Source: Alphaproteobacteria bacterium (lineage in GTDB: Bacteria > Pseudomonadota > Alphaproteobacteria > UBA828). Taken from it: a stretch of DNA of 64,000 bases. Location of the stretch: contig CBDCQT010000013.1 in assembly GCA_965220745.1 (NCBI GenBank), forward strand, positions 192,001 through 256,000. The letters are read 5' to 3'. Positions 51,656 to 60,219 of this stretch are shown here, piece by piece. A program made the translations under genes and the position numbers. The notes beneath the pieces are model-generated. The model did not search any database. It had not been told where the DNA came from and worked only from the letters and a program-made list of their open reading frames with translations. How positions within the stretch are numbered: position 1 is the stretch's first letter; every line of letters begins with the position of its first letter.

Positions 51656-51758
51656 CCGTATTGCCATGGCCGCCGCGCCGCCCGCGGGTCGCACCTCGGC
51701 AGCCGGGAAGCGACGGTGCGCGCGGCAGAAGGCGTGAAGCACGGCGCGAGGACTTCCC

Positions 51759-52817
51759 ATGCCGGCCAACCCACTCTCGGAAATTCCCCTGATCGACATC
51801 GGCCCCTATTTCGGGGGTAGCCGCGCCGACAGGAAGCGCGTCGCCGACGAAATCAGCCATGCCTGCGAGCGGATCGGCTTCTTCCTGGTTTCCGGCCACC
51901 AGGTGGACCCGGCGCTCATCGAAGGCGTGCAACGCGAGTCGAAGGCGTTCTTCGGTCTCCCGCTCGAGGAGAAGCTCGAAATCAAGCAGCGGAAGGAGGA
52001 AAAGGGAAGCCGGGGCTACGAGCCTGTTGGCACGGAGCAGCTCTCGGCGACGATCGGCGTGGAGACACCGCCCGACCTCAAGGAATCCCTCTCGATCGGA
52101 CCGCTGGCGGTGCCGGACCATCCCTCCTGCCACACCGAGGAAGCGCTACCCCTTTTCAGGTCCAACATGTGGCCCGAGAATCCGGCAACGCTTCGCCCTA
52201 CCTACGAGGCGTACATCAGGGCCCTGGACCGGCTAAGCGAGCACTTGCACCGGCTTGCGGCGATCGCGTTCGACCTGCCCGAGGATCACTTCGAGGACAA
52301 GATCGACCGGGGTTTCAGCATCCTCCGCGTGCTCAACTATCCGGATCAACGGGAGGAGCCCGAGGAGGGTCAGCTCCGCGCCGGAGAGCATTCGGACTAT
52401 GACAATCTGACCATCTGCCTGATCGAGGACAAGCCGGGCGGCCTGCAGGCGCGGAGCCCGAATGGTGCCTGGGTGGACGTGCCGTTCGTCGCCGGCTCGT
52501 TCGTGGTCAATATCGGCGATTTCCTGATGCGCTGGACCAACGACCGCTGGAAGTCCACGCGGCATCGTGTGGTCAACCCACCACTCGCCGCCGGGGAGCG
52601 CCTCTCCGCCTGCCACTTCATCATGCCGAACCACGATGCAGTGATTGAGTGCCTGCCGACCTGCCACGGGCCCGATCAGCCGGCGAAATACCCATCGATC
52701 CTCGCCGGTGACTACATGATCGAGAAATTCGAGAGCCAATCGTCCGGCGAAGAGTGGAGCGACGAGGACAGAGAGAAGTTCGGCACCGCGGATACGGAAT
52801 CGCGCTTCACCCATTGA
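51759..52817 (+). CDS. Isopenicillin-N-synthase-family 2OG-Fe(II) oxygenase
   Basis: IPLIDI, GFFLVSGH, DLKE, HSD facial triad, NIGD..RWTND..STRHRV, RxS. Confidence 0.92.
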   Translation: MPANPLSEIPLIDIGPYFGGSRADRKRVADEISHACERIGFFLVSGHQVDPALIEGVQRESKAFFGLPLEEKLEIKQRKEEKGSRGYEPVGTEQLSATIGVETPPDLKESLSIGPLAVPDHPSCHTEEALPLFRSNMWPENPATLRPTYEAYIRALDRLSEHLHRLAAIAFDLPEDHFEDKIDRGFSILRVLNYPDQREEPEEGQLRAGEHSDYDNLTICLIEDKPGGLQARSPNGAWVDVPFVAGSFVVNIGDFLMRWTNDRWKSTRHRVVNPPLAAGERLSACHFIMPNHDAVIECLPTCHGPDQPAKYPSILAGDYMIEKFESQSSGEEWSDEDREKFGTADTESRFTH

Positions 52818-52862
52818 CCATCGCTCAGCGCTCAAATCGGGCGCCGATCGACACTCTTGAGG

Positions 52863-53225
52863 CTACGCGTCGGCCGGCACCCAGGGCGGGAGCGGCGTGC
52901 CGCCACAGTAGTGGTTCTCAGCCGGGTTCTCGCGGAACACGACGTAGATGTCGGCGGCGTCGACGCCCATCGTATCGTTCAGAATTTCGGCGATGGCATC
53001 AACCAGCGCCTTCTTGCGTTCGGGCTCGCGGCCTGGCCTCAAGTCGATCTCGACCAGGGGCACGCCATCGCCGATCTCGGCGACCACCTCGCGCACGGCG
53101 ACGTAGTCGTACTTGGTCTGCTTGGGCGCGAGGGTCTTGAGCACCGCCGTCTTGACCGCGGTGCGGATGGTTTCCTGCATTCCTGCAGGCGTACCGGCGG
53201 GGACTTCGAGGCGAATGACGGGCAT
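52863..53225 (-). CDS. Tautomerase superfamily protein
   Basis: N-terminal catalytic Pro (MPVIRLE), GREPERKKAL. Confidence 0.8.
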   Translation of the reverse strand: MPVIRLEVPAGTPAGMQETIRTAVKTAVLKTLAPKQTKYDYVAVREVVAEIGDGVPLVEIDLRPGREPERKKALVDAIAEILNDTMGVDAADIYVVFRENPAENHYCGGTPLPPWVPADA

Positions 53226-53278
53226 CGGCGGCGTCTCCTTTCAGATCGCGAACGGCATGTGGCAGGGCGCCCTGCGGG

Positions 53279-54172
53279 TCACGAATCGCCGGGCACCGTG
53301 CCCTGGGGCAGGCTTTCGACGTGGGCGCAGATGTCGCGCGGGCGGGTCAGCCAGATTCGGTCGCGCTGGGGCGCGATGTGCTCGAAGAAGCGGCGCAGGT
53401 GGCGTATGCGATAGGGCCGCCCCATCACGAAGGGATGGAGCGAGATCGGGAACACCAGGGGCTGCCCCTCACTCTGGGCCAGCATCTCGTCGAAGCCGTC
53501 GATCAGCATGTCCACGAACTCGCGCGCGGTGTGGCCGTACCAGACGACGCCGCGGGTATCGTTGCACTCGACCGGATAGGGCATCGCCAGGATGCGGCCG
53601 GCGCGGGTCGTCATCCAGATCGGTTGATCGTCGCAGGTCCAGTCCATGAAGTAGCGATAGCCCGCCTCCTGCAGCAGGTCGGGAGTGAGAGCGCTGTTGG
53701 AGAGCCAGGGGCTCATCCAGCCCGCTGGGCGGCCGCCTTCATGGCGTTCGATGGTCCGGGTGACCTCGGCAATCAGCGCGGCCTCGGCCGCCTCGTCGAG
53801 GTGCTCCTGCATGTTCGAGTTGGTGATGCCGTGGCCCAGGATCTCGTGACCGCGCTGCCTGAGCGCCTCCGGAATGTCAGGGCAGTGCTCGTAGATGCCG
53901 AGGTTCATCTGTGCTTCGATGGGGATGTCGAAGGTGTCGAACAGCTCGAGCATGCGCCAAATGCCGACCCGATTGCCGTAGTCGCGCCACGAATAGACGC
54001 TGTGGCTGTTGGCCTGGTCCGGCGGGGCGATAGCCGCGCCCTTGCCCTCGCCGAAGCTGAACTGCTCGATGTTGACCGCGACGTAGACGGCGAGACGCGT
54101 GCCGTTCGGCCAGTCGTAGACCGGGCGGCTGGTAATGCTGGAGTAGGGGTAGCGGCCGTGGGTGCGAATCAT
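53279..54172 (-). CDS. Polysaccharide deacetylase family (PuuE/allantoinase-like)
   Basis: WPNGTRLAV, WRDYGNRVGIWR, ILGHG, GWMSP, SLHPFVMGRP. Confidence 0.88.
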   Translation of the reverse strand: MIRTHGRYPYSSITSRPVYDWPNGTRLAVYVAVNIEQFSFGEGKGAAIAPPDQANSHSVYSWRDYGNRVGIWRMLELFDTFDIPIEAQMNLGIYEHCPDIPEALRQRGHEILGHGITNSNMQEHLDEAAEAALIAEVTRTIERHEGGRPAGWMSPWLSNSALTPDLLQEAGYRYFMDWTCDDQPIWMTTRAGRILAMPYPVECNDTRGVVWYGHTAREFVDMLIDGFDEMLAQSEGQPLVFPISLHPFVMGRPYRIRHLRRFFEHIAPQRDRIWLTRPRDICAHVESLPQGTVPGDS

Positions 54173-54234
54173 GACGGCTTGCGTCCCGCCTGCCGCCGCA
54201 GATAATCCAGACTCATCTTGTCCTGCGCCGCAGC

Positions 54235-54564
54235 CTAGCCGACCGGATTGAAGTCGTGCTCGCCCACGCCCTGAACCAGGGTCACGCGGCAGATCTGGCC
54301 GTCCTTGCCGGAGACGCGGTGCGCGGTCATGGGCAGCACGACGCAGTGGTTGCCGGGTTCAAGCTCGTGGCGGGCGCGCGGCGCCCGGGTCTCGATCACC
54401 ACCGTGCCTTCGACGCCGACGAACACGTCGGTCACGATCGAGTGGTAATGCCACGGAACCTCCTCGCCCGCGCCGATGGTCATGACCTGGACGCGCATGC
54501 CATCGGCCTCGGCGACGATGTCGTGGTCGGTGATCGTATAGGGCAGGTCTTCGAGCGCCGTCAT
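54235..54564 (-). CDS. Cupin domain protein
   Basis: VPWHYHS..D, PMTAHRV; start MTALEDLP at 54564. Confidence 0.8.
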   Translation of the reverse strand: MTALEDLPYTITDHDIVAEADGMRVQVMTIGAGEEVPWHYHSIVTDVFVGVEGTVVIETRAPRARHELEPGNHCVVLPMTAHRVSGKDGQICRVTLVQGVGEHDFNPVG

Positions 54565-54703
54565 GACGTTTTCCGGTTCAGTCTTTGGCTGTGACCGACC
54601 AAGATAGCGCCTTCGGCCATGCCTGTGGATGGATTCGGGCGGTTTCTCCCGGATCGCGAGTCTCGCTAGCATGGGGCGCTGACGGTCTGGGAAGGGCGGT
54701 CGC

Positions 54704-55882
54704 ATGGCGCAGGACGCGCATCCCTGCTGGGCGGTTTACGATCTGGATCGGCTGCGCGCGAACCTCGCGGAGATTCGCCGCCGCATCGGGCCCGATCAGG
54801 CCTGCATCGCCGCACTCAAGGCCAACGCTTACGGACATGGAGCGGTGCCCGTGGCGCGGGCGCTCGATGGGGAAGGGCTGGCGGCGTTCATGACCGGCTC
54901 TTTCGACGAGGCCTGCCGGTTGCGTGCGGAAGAGCTGCGCACCCCGGTGGTCATGTTCGCGGGCGCGCTGCCGGCGGGGATGGCCGATCTCGTCGGCGCC
55001 GGGCTGGTGCCGACGGTGGTCGACCGGGCGAGCGCCGAAGCTGCGGCGCGCGCGGCGCCGGTTGGTGAGGCGGTTCCGGTCTACGTCAAGGTCAACGCCG
55101 GACTGGGGCGGCTGGGTGTGCCGCTCGAGGCGGCCGAAGTCTTTCTCGTCGAGCTGGCCGCCTTGCCGGGTCTCGACGTCCAAGGGCTCTACACGCACCT
55201 GCCGTTCGGCGACGCGCAGGGGCGCGACTGGGCCGATCAAAGGCTCGCCGCCGTCGATGGGCTGCTCGCGCGCCTCGCGGCGCGCGGTCTCGTGCCGCCG
55301 CTCACCCAAGCACGCGCAAGCGCCTGCGTCGCTGCCGGACTGTCCGATAAGGCCAATGCGGTTTGCGTCGGCCACCTGCTTTACGGCCTCTCGCCCTTCG
55401 CCGATGACTCGCTCGCGGACCTCTCGGCGTACCGGCCTCTCCTGGCCGAGATCGGGAGCCGGCTGATACAGGTCTCCGACCACCCGCAGGGCAGCGATAT
55501 CGCGATCGGCGGCAGCTACGGCATACGGCACGGCCGGCGCACCGGCGTCGCGCCGATCGGTGTCGCTCAAGGTTTGGTTCGACCCGTGCCGGGCAGCCGG
55601 CCGCAGGCGCTGGTACGGGGCAGTCGGGCGCCGATCCTCGCGGTATCGCTCGAACATCTGGTCTTGGATCTCACAGACACCGAGGCCGCTGCAGTCGGCG
55701 ATACGGTCCGGTTGCTCGGCGGCGAAGGCGACGCAGCGATCAGGCTGGACGAGCTCGCCGCGTGGTTCGGGGTGACGCCGCTCGATACGGTGATGGCGCT
55801 CTCCGGCCGACTGCCCGCGCACTACCGCGACGCAGCCGGCGGGGCGGCCGGATCGACTCCGCACCGAAGCGAGGCCCGATGA
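54704..55882 (+). CDS. Alanine-racemase-fold PLP enzyme (divergent)
   Basis: LKANAYGHG PLP Lys, GLGRLG, YTH, SYG Tyr; several other Alr motifs altered. Confidence 0.85.
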   Translation: MAQDAHPCWAVYDLDRLRANLAEIRRRIGPDQACIAALKANAYGHGAVPVARALDGEGLAAFMTGSFDEACRLRAEELRTPVVMFAGALPAGMADLVGAGLVPTVVDRASAEAAARAAPVGEAVPVYVKVNAGLGRLGVPLEAAEVFLVELAALPGLDVQGLYTHLPFGDAQGRDWADQRLAAVDGLLARLAARGLVPPLTQARASACVAAGLSDKANAVCVGHLLYGLSPFADDSLADLSAYRPLLAEIGSRLIQVSDHPQGSDIAIGGSYGIRHGRRTGVAPIGVAQGLVRPVPGSRPQALVRGSRAPILAVSLEHLVLDLTDTEAAAVGDTVRLLGGEGDAAIRLDELAAWFGVTPLDTVMALSGRLPAHYRDAAGGAAGSTPHRSEAR

Positions 55883-56664
55883 CGAGCCATTCCGATCTCC
55901 CTCGACTGAGCGAGGAGCAGTGCGCCCGCTACCGCGATGACGGCTTCGTGTTCCTGCCAGATCTCGTTTCCAGGGCGGACATCGACCGGGTGCGGGACGA
56001 GCTCGACGGGCTGTGCCGGCTCACCCGCGACGAGGTCATCCTGGAGAATGACGGCCGCACGGTGCGCTCGGTGATGAACCCGCATGCGTTCAGTAATCTG
56101 TTCGGGCGCTTCGTGCGGCATCCGGCGCTCCTCGGCCCGGTGCGTCAGCTTTTGGAGCGGGAGACCTACCTGTTCCAGTGCGTGATCAACATGAAACGCC
56201 CGTTCCATGGCGCGGTCTGGCAATGGCACCAGGATTTCCCGACCTATTTCCACGATGACGCGATGCCTGAGCCCCGCCTGGTCAACGCGCTGGTCTTCAT
56301 CGACGAGGTGCGCGAGTTCAACGGGCCCCTGATGCTCGTCCCCGCCAGCCACAGGGCACCGGCCTACGAGACCACCGTGGACGATACGACCACCAGCTAT
56401 CCGCTGCGGGCGGCGGATGAGGCGGTAGTAGGCAGGCTCGCGAGCGAACGGGGGATAGAAGCGCCGAAGGGCGGGCCGGGCTCGGTCATCTTCGCCCACA
56501 CCAACATTGTTCACGGCTCCGGGCCGAACATGTCGCCCTGGCCGCGCACGATGGCCTCGATCACCTACAATGCCATCGACAACAAACACGGCCGCTCGCG
56601 GCGCCCCGATTGGGTGGTGCGCCGTGACTTCGAGGTTCTTGAACCGATCACTTCGCCGATCTGA
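55879..56664 (+). CDS. PhyH-family (EctD/proline-hydroxylase-like) Fe/2OG dioxygenase
   Basis: WQWHQDF, NGPLMLVPASH, HGSGPNMSPWPR; ATGA overlap with the upstream gene. Confidence 0.87.
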   Translation: MTSHSDLPRLSEEQCARYRDDGFVFLPDLVSRADIDRVRDELDGLCRLTRDEVILENDGRTVRSVMNPHAFSNLFGRFVRHPALLGPVRQLLERETYLFQCVINMKRPFHGAVWQWHQDFPTYFHDDAMPEPRLVNALVFIDEVREFNGPLMLVPASHRAPAYETTVDDTTTSYPLRAADEAVVGRLASERGIEAPKGGPGSVIFAHTNIVHGSGPNMSPWPRTMASITYNAIDNKHGRSRRPDWVVRRDFEVLEPITSPI

Positions 56665-56690
56665 GGAAGACGGTGGCGGCCACCCAGGTG

Positions 56691-57611
56691 TCAGGAAGGC
56701 AGAGCGTCGATGCAGGTGGGCATGGCCTCCTCCACTGAGACCGGGCGAATGCCCAGATCGTCCAGCGTCGACGCCTGGCTGTCGACGACATTGTCCCGCT
56801 TCATCAGAGTTACTTGATCGCGGGTGAGCGGCGGATTGGGGTGCGCTGCCATCGCGGCCGCCAGAATGTCCCACGCAGGGAAGGGGCACGGGACCATGAG
56901 CGCTCGTCCGGCCACCCGGTCGCGCACCAATCGCACCAACTCTTTGTACGCGTAGATCCTTGGCCCTCCGAGCTCGTACACCCTGCCTCGCGTGGAGGGA
57001 TCGGCCAGCACCCGTATGCAGGCTTCGGCGACGTTGCCGACGAACACGGGTTGCAGTCTGGTGCTCCCGGTTCCGAACAGGGGCATGATCGGCGATCGCT
57101 GCGTCATGCGCGCGAGTGTGTTGAGGAAGGAATCGCCCGGCCCGAATATCACGCTCGGGCGCAGGATCGTGACGTCGTCGAACGCGTCCTTGACGAGCGT
57201 TTCTCCGATCCCTCGGGCGCGAACGTAGGGTGAGGGCGATCCGGGATCGGCGCCCACTCCCGAGATGTGGACCAACCGCTCGGCCCCCGCCTGCTTCGCC
57301 TGTCGGGCCACATGTAGGGCCCCCTGGCCGTGGACCCTGTCGAATGTCGCGCCGCCCTTCTCGACATAGTGACCGACGGTATTGACGACCGAGGCTGATC
57401 CCTCCACGGCACGCGCGACCGTCGCCTCGTTCCAAACATCGGCCTGGATGAGCTCCATCCGGCCGTCCGCGCTAAACTCGGTGAGGAACGTTGCGCGGTC
57501 CGGGTGACGCACGACCACACGCACGCCGTATCCCGCCTCCGCCAAGCATTTGACGATCTGGCGGCCCAGAAATCCCGATCCCCCGAAGACCGTTACGGGT
57601 TTCGTCTCCAT
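56691..57611 (-). CDS. NDUFA9-like NAD-dependent epimerase/atypical SDR
   Basis: VTVFGGSGFLGR, ILRPSVIFGPGD, QPVFVGNVA, YELGGP. Confidence 0.87.
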   Translation of the reverse strand: METKPVTVFGGSGFLGRQIVKCLAEAGYGVRVVVRHPDRATFLTEFSADGRMELIQADVWNEATVARAVEGSASVVNTVGHYVEKGGATFDRVHGQGALHVARQAKQAGAERLVHISGVGADPGSPSPYVRARGIGETLVKDAFDDVTILRPSVIFGPGDSFLNTLARMTQRSPIMPLFGTGSTRLQPVFVGNVAEACIRVLADPSTRGRVYELGGPRIYAYKELVRLVRDRVAGRALMVPCPFPAWDILAAAMAAHPNPPLTRDQVTLMKRDNVVDSQASTLDDLGIRPVSVEEAMPTCIDALPS

Positions 57612-57889
57612 CGGCTCGACGCAGTGTTCGTGTTCAGGAGATGGCGCATGAAGGGCCGCGTCGTCTCCCGTCGCAGCCTTGCGTGTGTCGCCACGGGACA
57701 AGGCTATGCCGCTGGCGGCGGGAATCGCAACCGGCGGTGCCCGCCTCGCTCCTGCCTCTCACGCCGCGTACGCCTCGTCCGTCTTGCCCAGGCCCGCCCG
57801 CGATGCTGCCATGACTCGGTGTGGCGTGTCGGTTAGCATCGCACCGACCCGCGCGGCGGATGGGCGCCGAGCGCGGAAGGGAGGGACCG

Positions 57890-59302
57890 ATGGAAGGGCA
57901 AGCCGCAACCAATCTGAGCCTCGAGCAAATGGATGTGGAGACGACGCTCCACGCCTTTACCCCGATCCACGAGCACGAGAAGTCCGGCCCGCACATCATC
58001 ACAAACGGCGACGGCATCTACGTCACCGACAACAAGGGCGACACCTATATCGACGCGATGGCCTCGCTCTTCTGCGTCAACGCGGGCTACGGGCGTAGCG
58101 AGATCGGCGAGGCGATTGCCGATCAGGCCCGGAGCTTCCCCTACTTCCACACCATGGCGGGGCACGCCAACGAGCAGCAAATCAGGCTGAGCGATCGGCT
58201 CATGGATATTCTGCCCGACAACATGAGCCGCATTCTCTACGCGAGCTCGGGCTCCGAGGCGAACGACGCCAACGTCAAGCTCGCCTGGATGTATCAGCGC
58301 TGCCGCGGCAAACCCGAGAAGCGCAAAATGATCGCGCGGAGCATGGGCTATCACGGCGTGACCGGGATCGCGACCAACCTCTCTGGCCTGCCGCTCATGC
58401 ACGAGGCCTTCGGGCTGCCGCTGCCGGGCTTCCTGCATACCGAGAAGGGTCACTACTTCTGGGAGGGCGAGGCCGGCGAAAGCGAACGGGATTTCTCCAA
58501 GCGCATGGCCGCCGCGCTGGGGGAGTTGATCATCCAGGAGGGGCCGGAGACCGTCTGCGCCTTCATCGCCGAGCCCGTGATGGGGGCCGCCGCCTGCGTC
58601 TCGCCGCCCGAGGGTTACTTCGAGGAGATCCAGGCGGTGCTCAAGCGCCACGACGTGCTCTTCATTGCCGACGAGGTGATTACCGGCTTCGGGCGCCTCG
58701 GCTCATGGTTCGCAACGGAGAAGTACGGGCTTGATCCCGATCTGATCACGCTCTCCAAGGGTATTACCAGCGCCTATGTGCCGCTCTCCGCCTCGGTGAT
58801 CTCGGACCGCGTCTGGGAGGTGCTGCACGAGGGCTCGAAAGACATCCCGATCTTCGCCCACGGGCACACGGCAAGCGCCCATCCGCTTGCTTGTGCGGCT
58901 GCCAACGCCAACCTCGCGTTGATGGAGCAGGAGGACATGGTGGCAAACGCCGCGTCCACCGGCGCCTACTTCAAGCAGCAGCTTGAGGAGCGCGTCGGCC
59001 CCCACCCGCTGATGGGCGAGATTCGCGGCGACGGTCTGATGCTTGCGATCGAGCTGGTGGCGAACAAAGAGACCAAGGAAGAGCTCAACCTGGAGTGGGA
59101 CTGCTCACACCGACTCTTCGATCTCTGCTTGGAGGAGAAGCTGATTACGCGGGGCTTCTTCGGCCACAACTCGACCTCGTTCGCGCCGCCGCTCAGCATC
59201 ACGCCGGCGCAAGTAGACGACGTGATCGACCGCTTCTCCCGCGGCCTCGACAAGCTGACGGCCGATCTCAAGTCGGAGTACGGCTTCAGCCCGGCGGGCT
59301 GA
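57890..59302 (+). CDS. Class III (omega) aminotransferase
   Basis: SGSEAND, YHG, AFIAEPVMG, ADEVITGFGR, LSKG PLP Lys; GGGAGG RBS. Confidence 0.93.
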   Translation: MEGQAATNLSLEQMDVETTLHAFTPIHEHEKSGPHIITNGDGIYVTDNKGDTYIDAMASLFCVNAGYGRSEIGEAIADQARSFPYFHTMAGHANEQQIRLSDRLMDILPDNMSRILYASSGSEANDANVKLAWMYQRCRGKPEKRKMIARSMGYHGVTGIATNLSGLPLMHEAFGLPLPGFLHTEKGHYFWEGEAGESERDFSKRMAAALGELIIQEGPETVCAFIAEPVMGAAACVSPPEGYFEEIQAVLKRHDVLFIADEVITGFGRLGSWFATEKYGLDPDLITLSKGITSAYVPLSASVISDRVWEVLHEGSKDIPIFAHGHTASAHPLACAAANANLALMEQEDMVANAASTGAYFKQQLEERVGPHPLMGEIRGDGLMLAIELVANKETKEELNLEWDCSHRLFDLCLEEKLITRGFFGHNSTSFAPPLSITPAQVDDVIDRFSRGLDKLTADLKSEYGFSPAG

Positions 59303-59370
59303 GGAATAGCCTTCGGACTTGTCACGACACCTCGCGCCGCCGCGAAGGCGGGCAGGCGCGGGTACCCTGC

Positions 59371-59399
59371 TTGTGCGACTATGGTGAAATCGCTATAAT
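59371..59399 (+). promoter_or_regulatory. Promoter TTGTGC-N17-TATAAT for the toxin-antitoxin pair
   Basis: Consensus -10 and canonical spacing, 6 nt before GTG 59406. Confidence 0.65.
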
Positions 59400-59405
59400 G
59401 TGGGG

Positions 59406-59773
59406 GTGAAGGGTGACACGTTGAGGCCGGTCGAATGGGTCGCTTCGAGTAGGGCGGATTTGAAGGGTTTTCCGGAGGCCGTGCGAGCACGCGTGGCTTC
59501 GCGATCTACCAGGCCCAGACCGGTCTCCGTCACCGCGACGCGAAGTCGCTCAAAGGCTTCGGCTCTGGCGTTCTGGAGGTGGTCTCACGCTACGACGGTG
59601 ACACATTCAGGGCGGTCTATACGGTCCGTTTCGAGGCGGCGGTCTATGTCCTGCACGTCTTCCAGAAGAAGGCCAAGCGGAGCGTGACAACGCCGAAATG
59701 GGAGCTCGATGTGGTTCGGCAACGGTTACGGGCTGCCGAGCGACACTACCGAGACACACATGGCGGAGACTAG
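59406..59773 (+). pseudogene. RelE/HigB (Gp49-like) toxin, frameshifted near 59493-59497
   Basis: N-part LRPVEWVASSRADLKGFPEAVRAR continues in the -1 frame as GFAIYQAQ..LKGFGSGVLEV..RAVYTVRF..LHVFQKK; adding one G restores the frame. Confidence 0.75.
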
Positions 59774-59777
59774 AACC

Positions 59778-60116
59778 ATGGGCAACCCGGACCCGACGGT
59801 TGAGCGCGGCAGCGGCAATGTCTTTGCCGATCTGGGCCTCCCGGACGCCGATGCGCACTTGTTGAAGGCGGAACTCGTCAGCCGCATCGACGGAATCGTC
59901 CGGCAACGCGGCATCACTCAGACCGAGGCCGCACGGTTGCTCGGCCTATCTCAGCCCGACGTGTCGCGGCTGCTGCGCGGCGACTTTCGCGCATATTCGC
60001 TCGAGCGCCTGTTCCGCCTGCTGACCGCGCTCGGTCGCGACGTGGACATCGTCATCCGGCAACCGCGTTCAACCGGCGGCGGCAGGCTCCGAATCGCTGC
60101 CACCGAAATTAACTGA
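59778..60116 (+). CDS. XRE/HigA-type HTH antitoxin
   Basis: GSGNVFADLG, KAELV, TQTEAARLLGLSQPDVSRL, YSLERL. Confidence 0.9.
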   Translation: MGNPDPTVERGSGNVFADLGLPDADAHLLKAELVSRIDGIVRQRGITQTEAARLLGLSQPDVSRLLRGDFRAYSLERLFRLLTALGRDVDIVIRQPRSTGGGRLRIAATEIN

Positions 60117-60219
60117 CGGCACTATCTCGTCGCCGCCCGCGGAGTCACAGTGAGGCGGTACCACACCGAAGCGCTCGAGTACGGGCCCCGCGCTGCGCGG
60201 GCAAGAGGAGCGCCGGCCG

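Noticed and set aside
55879-56664. Ectoine hydroxylase ectD
   Set aside because: The signature deviates (HQDFPTYFHDD versus HSDFETWHxEDG) and there is no ectABC
56691-57611. NDUFA9-like gene as part of the complex I locus
   Set aside because: It is 47 kb from nuoN in accessory context; such homologs are widespread and no link is evident
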